64,000 nucleotides of DNA, from the NCBI GenBank assembly GCA_009859145.1, contig VRVR01000046.1, positions 124,001 to 188,000 on the forward strand, given 5' to 3'. Below are positions 1 through 8,546 of this stretch, piece after piece; the stretch's first letter is position 1; every line of letters starts with the position of its first letter. The stretch is from Andalucia godoyi And28. Lineage: Eukaryota; Protista; Jakobida. The notes beneath the pieces were generated by a model. It was not told the DNA's origin. It was given only the letters and a program-made list of their open reading frames with translations, and ran no database searches. A program made the translations under genes and the position numbers.

Positions 1-1022
1 GACACATTGCGGAAGTCGTCCACCTTGACGACCGCAGTCCGGGGCTTCGTTGCTTTTCGCACAAGTGTGTAGACCGACACCGATAAGTCAAAAGATCGTC
101 CGGACGGGTTAGGAATCGACAACGGAAAGGTCGTAAGTGCGCGTTTTCGAAAAGTCTGTTTGTTCATGCTGTCCACAATATCTTCCAACGAGGATGTGAT
201 AATCTTGACAGGCGCATCCTCGTTTTCGAGATCACATTCCAAGCTAAGGGAATCGTCGGACTCTGGCGGTTGTTTGGTCAATTTCAGCACGTGACTCCAG
301 AACTTTGCCTTTGCAAAGGACAGAGGATCTGCAACAAGAGGCAAGATGTTGACCAGGACGCCTTGGGAAAGCATGTCGCGCATCTTTTCAAGGCAGTTCC
401 GCACTCCGAAGTCGACGCATGGATTCAAGTCGTAGGTGAGTAAGAAGATTCGGCGAAAATCCCAGGTCTTTGGCAACTTTGAAAACGCCAGGGACGCAAC
501 ATAAAATGACCCCGCGAGCTTGACTTGCTCTGGTTTTCCAAAATCACACACGGTGACCAAACGGAGGGGATTTGCAGCAAGATTTTCCAGCTCTATGATC
601 CGTTCTGCAGACGGAACATCAAGATCCTGCAAGACATAGACTCCTTCCTGCTGGACATGGTTCTTGCTTCGTTGCGCTCCAAAAAACAAGACTGCCACAC
701 GATCGTTTTCAGCACTCAGTATCTTTTTCGAGTAAGTTGAGGCGACTGCCAGCAATGTTTTTTGAATCGGTGTTCGCATGGCCTTCACATCTTCCAACTC
801 CAGCAGTTTCTCCTTTTGTTCCATGGTCGCATTTGGCTCTTTTTGAAGAAGATCCATCAAGGGAGGGAACATCGGAAGACGGCAATCAATCAGAAAGACA
901 ACAGCATCGCGCGACGAAAACTCGACATCCTCCAGAAGATGCTGCTGCTCTGAATCACCACCGACCACAGTTTCAGTCCCATCGTCCCCTCCAATTGAAG
1001 AGGAATCTTCGTACCACGACAT
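1..1022 (-). CDS. KU70: Ku70 (XRCC6), 5' part; continues beyond the left edge of the window
   Basis: Not in the ORF track; translated by hand from ATG at 1022: MSWYEDSSS...SSRDAVVFLIDC...KILSAENDRVAVLFFG...GVYVLQDLDVPSAERIIELE...RRIFLLTYDLNP...KRALTTFPLSI...VSVYTLVRKATKP. This matches the Ku70 vWA domain and the start of the beta-barrel. No stop down to position 1. Confidence 0.9.
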   Translation of the reverse strand, partial: MSWYEDSSSIGGDDGTETVVGGDSEQQHLLEDVEFSSRDAVVFLIDCRLPMFPPLMDLLQKEPNATMEQKEKLLELEDVKAMRTPIQKTLLAVASTYSKKILSAENDRVAVLFFGAQRSKNHVQQEGVYVLQDLDVPSAERIIELENLAANPLRLVTVCDFGKPEQVKLAGSFYVASLAFSKLPKTWDFRRIFLLTYDLNPCVDFGVRNCLEKMRDMLSQGVLVNILPLVADPLSFAKAKFWSHVLKLTKQPPESDDSLSLECDLENEDAPVKIITSSLEDIVDSMNKQTFRKRALTTFPLSIPNPSGRSFDLSVSVYTLVRKATKPRTAVVKVDDFRNV

Positions 1023-1141
1023 TCCTCGGCAATCAAAACACGTCTTCAAAACAGCACACACCACCACACACGACACCACATATACACATATGCACAGAAA
1101 CGCACAGAAGAAAATGCACAGAAAATGCACCGAGTCGGAGT

Positions 1142-1153
1142 ACTCACGTGAGT
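1142..1153. promoter_or_regulatory. Perfect 12-bp palindrome ACTCACGTGAGT (E-box core) in the divergent promoter of Ku70 and the next gene
   Basis: Palindrome seen directly. CACGTG is the canonical bHLH site; function is inferred. Confidence 0.35.
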
Positions 1154-1387
1154 TTTCTCAACGATTCGTGAAAAGCGGGTATTACAACTGCTCAAGATTG
1201 AGTCCTTAACGACTGTCAGCGAAGCATCAATTTCGGTTAAACTCGGTATTTCCTTTCGTTTATTATAGCATATTCTGTAATTGTTTGTCATTATTTTCAC
1301 TATTTTTGATGGCTTTTCTTTTTTCTTCTGTGTTTTTTTTTTGAATTCAAGGATTTGCGATTGTACATACTTGGGATAAATGAAGAG

Positions 1388-4300
1388 ATGGAAGGCTCAC
1401 GAAGCGGGAAGAGGAAAGGTGAAGACGCAATGAAACCAGCCGTTTCGCTGTCTGATCAGTTCACGAGGATCCGAATGAAGCTTGCCGAAACTCTCAGACG
1501 AGATGTTTGGGTGGAGCATGAAATGAACAGCTTGATCGATGAGGAGCTATGCCGCCTGTGCAGCCAACTTCATATTAACGATGCCGGGCCTCGAAAGAGC
1601 AATATACATAATTCACATTCCGCTGCATACCCTGCGAAATGCACGTCGGCCTCTGCTTCGTTTGTCAGCGAAGGAGGCCTGCACGAGGCTTCTGAACAGC
1701 CCAGCTTGTTTCCAGCACGGGCGGCTGCTTCAAAAAAAAAGCTAGAGCACAAGCGTCCGCGTTACATGTGGTCAACAGCTGCGGTGGAGGTCCGATCCGA
1801 GCGTCCGCAACGAGTGCCTTATCGGACAGCTTTCGAGCACCGCATATCCGCAAAGGCCGCAAATCGAAATCATGACGGATATTCAGTTCAAACGGACGTA
1901 TTGCTGCGTGCGTCGACATCGGTGAAACAGCAGGAGAATGATCATGGAGCGCAGAAACAACCGGCCGTCCCGTTTTTGGACAAATTGCTCGAGTGCCTCG
2001 AGAGCAGCTCTGAGATTCTGTCTGAGATTCAACCCGACGTGCGTATGGTTGGGGATTCTGATCGCGATTTACTGACGAGATTGGCGGGAATGATTCGAAC
2101 AAAAGCGGAAGGTCTGCGGCCACGAGCCCATTCTATGCCAGTGTATCCCCCTGAACGGTCGATGCGCCAGACGCCCTCTTCATCCGAGGAACGTATGAAG
2201 TGCATGTCTGAGACGCAAATTGACGCGTCCGAAATGGAGGAACCAGCGAGCTGCGAACACCCTGCAGATTGCGAGGCGCGAGTGGAATTGTTGGAATGCG
2301 AAGGGCCGGGGGAGCAGTACGCATCATTTGAGATGTCAGCTCGCGATTCGTCGGATGTGGAAGATTCTCTGAGTCATAGTGGAGATGGCGCAGTGAACTC
2401 GAAATCGGATGGTAGCACTTTGCAGGAATTCGCATGTGGCGGCACGACGCACGATGAGAAAACCTACGATTCTTCCAAGTTCCGATTTTCTAGGAAGGAG
2501 TCGCAGCCAGGAATTGATGAAGGAAGTGAGAATTCCGTGCATTTTTTTTTCAGCCCAGGTGATCCCACGGAAATCGAAGCATCGGAATCAGATGGGAACA
2601 GCGAAATTGGAAAAACTGAGACAATCAGGTCTTCCTCGACGCCCGAGTCGGACGACAGCGGCAAACATACGAACTCCCAAGAACGACCGCTGAACGACGA
2701 GCCCATTGAAGCGGATTGTAGGAGCGTAGCAGAGACGGACAGTGCAGCCGGCGCAGGCTCCGCGAAAGATACACAACAATGCCGCGAAAGCAGTGAAGGA
2801 GATCAAGATCACGATGATGCTGCTGCTGCAGCAGCAGAAGGTGGTGATGACGATGAAGATGGAGATGAAGAACTTGGTAGGGTTGATCATTCTCCTCCAG
2901 ATCCACTGGAGCATATTTCGACATTGTCGAGTGCAGAAGAGCACAGTCTCACTGCAGAACCTGGGATTTATGCACCAATGGAAATGAGAATAGACGGAAG
3001 TGATTCACTGCTTGTTGAAACATTTTTCACGATTGAGCAACTGGCTTCAGTGGACCTTGAAACGCTCAGCGAGTACTCGGAGAGCGACCCGCGGGCTCCG
3101 GACTCGGCTGTATCAAGAATTGAGAGTTTGTGCCTGGATTCTGTTGGACTGTCAATGGGAGTGGAGAACGTCGACTATCACACTGCCTCGGAGCCGTTTG
3201 CGGAGTACCAGGCATCACCAATGGATCATCGGGACCGCAATCTATTTGATATCCCCGATGAATATGCAAAGAAGGACGGCGCGCTGTCCGAGGCCGCAGA
3301 TCTTGATGCGTTCGAAATATGCAGCCAGGGATGCTCCGCAATGAACCTCGTCGACGCAGCATCCGTAGAGTGCCAGACTGAAGCTTCTAATGAGTTGCAT
3401 TTGCAAGTTATTGAAACACAAGAGTCATCTCTGCAGACCGACGGTCCGGATCTCGAGCAACCGACACCGCCGGATGCGTTTGTGGATGCGTGCTCGCAGT
3501 ATGACACCCTTTTCACTGTTGCCGGAAAGGACGAAGAAATGCAAACTGAGCTGCCCGGTCCACGTGTTTCCGAGAATATCGCAGTCATGACGCATTTTGG
3601 AGAACTCGAGACGCTGGAAGCTGCCGTCCAAACAGGTGAAACCGGAGGACGGACAGGTGCTGCAGATGATGGAGGTCGAGAGTTTGCTCCCACGCCGTGC
3701 GAGCAGAGCGGTGACGATTTGATGGAGGAGGACTGTGCGCCGCCTTGTGCTGACCAGTCGGCGGTCGAAGTCGTGGTCGGCGTGCCGCAGCCTTCTCCTT
3801 GTCCTCCTCCCGTCGTCCTGCTGGAAGCCTCTGCGTCTTTGTCTTCCGCTACTTGTTCTTTTTTCCGTGCAGCGGACAACGTGGCTGAACGAGAATCATC
3901 GGCAACAAGCGACTCTGCCATGCACGGAGGAAAATCGATCGTGCTCGCATCTTTTGTCACACCAAATCCGTGTGATCGAGAATTGGCTGAGGGCGAGAGG
4001 CTGTCTGCCACGCATTCTCCGCGGAATCGTCCTTTAACCTGTTCTTCGTCTTCTCCAGGTCGAAAGAGTCCAGCTAGTCAGGATGAGTTTTTTGTTTATG
4101 GAGGGTCGAATCACGGGCGCAAGTTTCCGTCTCCGAGAAGACGATCGGCAATTGCAGAAAGCGCCCGCCTGTCCCCGAACGTTGAGTCTGCCAGAAGGTT
4201 TTCTCCTCAGCGCTGGCACTCGATTCGGGGAGACGCATCGTTCGCACGCCGAACTTCATCGCCTCCGCGTTCTGCTGCATCTCCGACGCGGACGCCTGAC

Positions 4301-5029
4301 TCGTCCCATTCTGCTCCTCAGCTACTAGTCAATCGGTCGGGCTTTTCAATCAGTTCCGAGGAACAGAGGTTCCAGCTTAGAAGACTAGAGTCTTTTATGG
4401 ACGAAGACGTTGGAAGCCACAAGGTGAATCCTGTGAACCGGCTCGTGCTGACCGTTGGACGAGAGAAGAAATCTGCGTCGCTACCGCAGAGGAGCTCCTC
4501 AGCGAGCACACCGCCATTGGAAGGAAGAAAGTCGGAGGAAAATGAGCAGCCGTATTTTCTCTGCGGTAGTGCTCTGGACCGGTCAAAGTTGCTGGTGCAT
4601 CTTTGGTTGAAACGCGTCCAAGACGGTCATTTTGTGGCTCACATCTCTTCTGAAATACATTCGTTTCGGAGGGTTAAGACACTGTCTTGGTTTTCGTTCA
4701 CGCTGGACAATCTCATGGTGCGGTTGTGGGAACGTTCTTCCCGATCCTTGTCTGGTTTGCTGGACTTGGGGACGGCAATGGGCTGTGGTCCGTCTGTGTG
4801 GGTCATGATGTACGAGACTTTGCTGCAGAAGATCGGCCGAACTCTCGTTTCGTCAGTTGACCTTGCGTGGTATGATCTGCTGGCTGCTGCCGCACACTAC
4901 GAGAATTCTTCTCCTGCAGCTTGTCATTTCGTCCAATTTTTGCTTTCGGAAGATTCTTCGACGAACATTGCAGAGTTCTACGAATTTATGTACAAAAGGA
5001 TATCCGTGGGCTGTCGCAGAGATTTGTAA
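1388..5029 (+). CDS. Large hypothetical protein (acidic, Ser-rich disordered centre; globular-looking C-terminus)
   Basis: Long uninterrupted ORF; first ATG at 1388 (MEGSRSGKRK) after a T-rich leader; ends TAA. Confidence 0.8.
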   Translation: MEGSRSGKRKGEDAMKPAVSLSDQFTRIRMKLAETLRRDVWVEHEMNSLIDEELCRLCSQLHINDAGPRKSNIHNSHSAAYPAKCTSASASFVSEGGLHEASEQPSLFPARAAASKKKLEHKRPRYMWSTAAVEVRSERPQRVPYRTAFEHRISAKAANRNHDGYSVQTDVLLRASTSVKQQENDHGAQKQPAVPFLDKLLECLESSSEILSEIQPDVRMVGDSDRDLLTRLAGMIRTKAEGLRPRAHSMPVYPPERSMRQTPSSSEERMKCMSETQIDASEMEEPASCEHPADCEARVELLECEGPGEQYASFEMSARDSSDVEDSLSHSGDGAVNSKSDGSTLQEFACGGTTHDEKTYDSSKFRFSRKESQPGIDEGSENSVHFFFSPGDPTEIEASESDGNSEIGKTETIRSSSTPESDDSGKHTNSQERPLNDEPIEADCRSVAETDSAAGAGSAKDTQQCRESSEGDQDHDDAAAAAAEGGDDDEDGDEELGRVDHSPPDPLEHISTLSSAEEHSLTAEPGIYAPMEMRIDGSDSLLVETFFTIEQLASVDLETLSEYSESDPRAPDSAVSRIESLCLDSVGLSMGVENVDYHTASEPFAEYQASPMDHRDRNLFDIPDEYAKKDGALSEAADLDAFEICSQGCSAMNLVDAASVECQTEASNELHLQVIETQESSLQTDGPDLEQPTPPDAFVDACSQYDTLFTVAGKDEEMQTELPGPRVSENIAVMTHFGELETLEAAVQTGETGGRTGAADDGGREFAPTPCEQSGDDLMEEDCAPPCADQSAVEVVVGVPQPSPCPPPVVLLEASASLSSATCSFFRAADNVAERESSATSDSAMHGGKSIVLASFVTPNPCDRELAEGERLSATHSPRNRPLTCSSSSPGRKSPASQDEFFVYGGSNHGRKFPSPRRRSAIAESARLSPNVESARRFSPQRWHSIRGDASFARRTSSPPRSAASPTRTPDSSHSAPQLLVNRSGFSISSEEQRFQLRRLESFMDEDVGSHKVNPVNRLVLTVGREKKSASLPQRSSSASTPPLEGRKSEENEQPYFLCGSALDRSKLLVHLWLKRVQDGHFVAHISSEIHSFRRVKTLSWFSFTLDNLMVRLWERSSRSLSGLLDLGTAMGCGPSVWVMMYETLLQKIGRTLVSSVDLAWYDLLAAAAHYENSSPAACHFVQFLLSEDSSTNIAEFYEFMYKRISVGCRRDL

Positions 5030-5062
5030 TAGCAGTAAACGGATCCAAGAGCCGGCTGAGTA

Positions 5063-5911
5063 CTATGCTGAATGCACAGGAACGAAGAAACTCAAGAACA
5101 GCTCTTCGTCTGCCAGCAAAGCGTGGATGACAATTACACGGTCTGGAATGAACGACGCAACGCATCTGGAAGGCTGAAGATTGTGTGCGAACAACGGTCG
5201 AGCTAGCTTCTTCGCATCAACCCAAACAGAGATCGGCTCGGCCCCGCGAGAGGTCTGTGACTGCGACGGTCGTCCAGTCGAAGAAATATTCTCGAGATTT
5301 CGAAAGACAGTTCCAAGGGTCATTGTGTCAGTCTGAACGGAAATGGAAAACTCGCCATGGAAGCTTGCGGAAAGACTGAACTGCGTCGCATTGGATTTCA
5401 AACGATCAACAATTGCCTTCAGATCACGGAGAGCAGGCAGGGTGATTTGAACAGCAGGATGGGGCAACACGGGCTCTACCAAGGAAGCAGCCTCGGCATG
5501 ACCCAGCACTCGAATCGGTATGTCATGATTGACCTTGACGGCAGCCAGCGTTTGGGGAATGAGAATAACAGACAGACATGCAGTGTTTCCCTTCTTAACA
5601 AGCCGCAGTTCGCATTCAATTTCGGCCGCAGAAGCATGCGACACAGAAGAAGATCTCAGCGCCTTCGACAGAGAAGACAGGTCCACTTCTAGAACAATGG
5701 AATCCGTCGCAGAAGCCAACTTCAGGTTGTGAAAGATCTTTGACGTTGCTCCTTCGAACCACACTTGGGAAGAGTCCAAGATATCCGACCGGATGATGAT
5801 CTGTGTGGTGTCCTGCGCAAGTTTCAGAAATGCAAACTTTGAAGACTTTTCTAAAACCTGCACGATCTTGAGAAAAGAAGAAGGAGAATTCAGTCGGCCG
5901 CGAAATTTCAT
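5063..5911 (-). CDS. HUS1: Checkpoint clamp subunit HUS1 (9-1-1 complex)
   Basis: MKFRGRL start, IVLEVDLSSLSKALRS, VNHDIPIRVL, EPVLPHPAVQITLPALRDLKAIVDRLK and the terminal FFVP match the Hus1 pattern; 282 aa. Confidence 0.85.
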   Translation of the reverse strand: MKFRGRLNSPSSFLKIVQVLEKSSKFAFLKLAQDTTQIIIRSDILDSSQVWFEGATSKIFHNLKLASATDSIVLEVDLSSLSKALRSSSVSHASAAEIECELRLVKKGNTACLSVILIPQTLAAVKVNHDIPIRVLGHAEAASLVEPVLPHPAVQITLPALRDLKAIVDRLKSNATQFSLSASFHGEFSISVQTDTMTLGTVFRNLENISSTGRPSQSQTSRGAEPISVWVDAKKLARPLFAHNLQPSRCVASFIPDRVIVIHALLADEELFLSFFVPVHSA

Positions 5912-6280
5912 TATGTTTTTCTTTTTCTTTTTTGCTCTCCTTCCTGAATCCTCAGTTGTTTGTGACTGCGAAACAAGAAACGAAGGCCCCAGTGGAAAGG
6001 TTAAGGATTAAGATCTTTTATTAACTATTTATTTTATTACTATTTTCTATTTTCTTTTGGCTTCTTTTGTTTGTGTCTCTTTCTCGTGAATGCTTTTCAT
6101 TTTTCCCGCAACTTGGCGAAACTGGGCGCGTCAAAATGGCATCAAGTGCTTGGGGGCGTGTTTGATCCGAAAAGAAGAGAACTGAAGTATACAGCAGCTG
6201 CGCGATTGATCAAGGAAAACCGGGAAGAGTAAACATCTTTATTGTGATGATGAAAGCGCCTCTCAACGGTCTGGAAAGTG

Positions 6281-7912
6281 TCAGAAGGAAAATGGAGACT
6301 TCTCTCGCAGATATCGGATGCCGCCTGTTTCCCATTCTGCCTTGGAGATCCATAATCTGTGATCACGATCCAGCTGACCCGACGCGTACGAGGCGCCTTT
6401 CCAAGAAGCATTCTGGGGCGACATCCCTTCTGGAAGGGAAATAACGTCTAGTTTGGACCGGTCGGAAATCAACGGAGTTAAACCTGGGATTTGAGATGTT
6501 CCACCAATGATGAGCAAGCTGAGGTCAACTGCAACACTCTTCTTACCAGACTGAAACAGCTCGACGGCTCGGGCAGCACACTCGCGGATTGCTTCAATGA
6601 TCCCCGTTTCTCTTGTTCGAAAGTACCGTGGTCGGAAAGGAGCCGAGGTTTCGTAAGCAAACGGCTCATCATATAGATCTTCGGGCAGATAGGGCTCAAG
6701 ATACACATTGTCTCTCTCATTCACAATGTCATCCTGGGGACGTGACGAGACTAGCTGCAAGCCACCGCGTTCATCAAAGATAAATGGGTAAATCAGGCCC
6801 ATTGCGGGTAACAAAAGAACATCGCCACAATCTGCACGATGCGTCCTATGGTTGATTGGATCTGTAAATGTGACCGATTTGAAAGTCTCGTGACCAGGAG
6901 TCGCGTGCACATAAGTTTCCAAAAGTTCATAAAAGATATCTCGATCCAGCTGCCGCGACTCCACGTCGCACAATGGATACGGGAATCCCCCAAGAGTCTT
7001 GAATATGTAATGCAACGTCTCCGCTATATCGAACCCTCCGTACGGAAGAACCAACCGAGATGGGGGATACACATAACCGTCCACGACGGAGGCCAGGGTC
7101 GTCACTGCATCGCCAATGTTCACGACAATTCCGGAACCAACTCCAGTGCCAAACAGAGCGCAGGCGGCTTGCGAATGAACATACACGTCGCCAAACTGGA
7201 AAGGATAAGAGAAGAGCATGTTCACCAGGTCCCGGATCTCGGTTCGAGAAAAAGAATCCGGAACTGCCACAAACGCGGAAGAAGAGCTCAGCATCTTGGA
7301 TTGATCAGGATAGTTTTCTCGTAATGAATGAATCCAAATGTCAGACATTGCAGACACATTCGCGAGGCGGCCTCTCACAACTGGAAAAACAACGCTCCAG
7401 TCGCTGTGCTCCTCTACAGGGATGTTCAATGCCTTTTCAGCAATCAGAAACTTTAAAGAACTTGCGATTTCGGGCAATGTCGGGGGAATGGAAGGAGCGC
7501 TCGATACCCATTTGGGAGCACGCAAGTGCACGGCTGGGTTCGCGATTTTTCTCATTTCCTTCAGAACAGTTCTGTAGAGGGAAGACACATGAGACCACCT
7601 GTCCGTGGACGCCGCAGAAGATGGAGTGGAAAGAACAGCAGCAGCAGATGCGGGATGAGCCATGTTTGCATCGCCATCGCTGTCGAGAGAATGCTCAAGA
7701 TCAGAGGAAATGCCCTTATTCTTCTTGTTGTACTTTCGATAAGCAACGCAGTGCGGAATCGAGTGCGGCTCTGAATCTGTCGACAATGAAAATCGAAGGT
7801 AGCATGATCCAAAATCAAAGACGAATATCGGTCGAGAAGGCGAGACTGGCCCAGGGCCCGGGGGCATCGTTGACGACGCCACAGCAGACGAGCTCAGACC
7901 GGGATCCGACAT
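6281..7912 (-). CDS. ARP8: Actin-related protein, ARP8 type (INO80 complex)
   Basis: Actin fold (VVNIGDAVTTLASVVDG, LLIIGGTSQIPGL, ASWKGAS, WISKAEW). N-terminal FDFGSCYLRFSLSTDSEPHSIPHCVAYR resembles Arp8. Start set at MSDPGLS (7912). Confidence 0.75.
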   Translation of the reverse strand: MSDPGLSSSAVASSTMPPGPGPVSPSRPIFVFDFGSCYLRFSLSTDSEPHSIPHCVAYRKYNKKNKGISSDLEHSLDSDGDANMAHPASAAAVLSTPSSAASTDRWSHVSSLYRTVLKEMRKIANPAVHLRAPKWVSSAPSIPPTLPEIASSLKFLIAEKALNIPVEEHSDWSVVFPVVRGRLANVSAMSDIWIHSLRENYPDQSKMLSSSSAFVAVPDSFSRTEIRDLVNMLFSYPFQFGDVYVHSQAACALFGTGVGSGIVVNIGDAVTTLASVVDGYVYPPSRLVLPYGGFDIAETLHYIFKTLGGFPYPLCDVESRQLDRDIFYELLETYVHATPGHETFKSVTFTDPINHRTHRADCGDVLLLPAMGLIYPFIFDERGGLQLVSSRPQDDIVNERDNVYLEPYLPEDLYDEPFAYETSAPFRPRYFRTRETGIIEAIRECAARAVELFQSGKKSVAVDLSLLIIGGTSQIPGLTPLISDRSKLDVISLPEGMSPQNASWKGASYASGQLDRDHRLWISKAEWETGGIRYLREKSPFSF

Positions 7913-8546
7913 TGCACATGTACAGCAAACAAAACCCAGAGGGAAAAGGCGGGAGGGGGAAAAAACAACTAGTCTCAAGACAATGCGCCTGCAAAACTAA
8001 GCCTCCTCCTGTCGGAACCTGGATGCAGCAAAATAACACACAACCAACCGAGCTCACTATGTCCAAAGCACTGAAGCAAAACGAAACGCGTTGGCGACGG
8101 GTGCACACGCTCCCTGCACGAAAAAGACCTCAAGTGCAGAAGGCAGACGATTTCTTACCCCTTTCATGTCTTTTTATTATTTTCTGTTTTGTTTTTTGTG
8201 TTTTTTTTACGGTTTAATCGAGCACTCGAGCAGCACCTTTCATCAAGGACAAAACGTCTCATGGCTCCAAAGAGGGATCTTCCCGACAAACTCAAACCGG
8301 CTACGCCCGAAGATACCGAGAACCAAGAAGCCCGTTGCTCTCCTCTCGTCGGAGGCGGAGAGCAAGAAGAAGCGATGACCCTTTGATGCAGAGCAATCTG
8401 CATGGAAGAGGTGGTGCTCGCCCCAGATTGGATCTGTCGTCGGTGATACAGCTTGGCCCGATGATCAATAATGATTTTCATGTTTTGGCGAGCGGTTATC
8501 TACTGTTGATGCGCCGCGGTGGCAGCTTGGAAGTTGGGGGAACCGT

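Noticed and set aside
7060-8217. 385-aa + strand ORF
   Set aside because: Antisense shadow of ARP8; no recognisable motifs.
8261-8520. Regularly spaced in-frame TGA codons suggesting a UGA=Cys code or a selenoprotein
   Set aside because: Conserved genes in the window end at the expected positions with TGA, TAA and TAG; no SECIS or Sec-type motif is evident.
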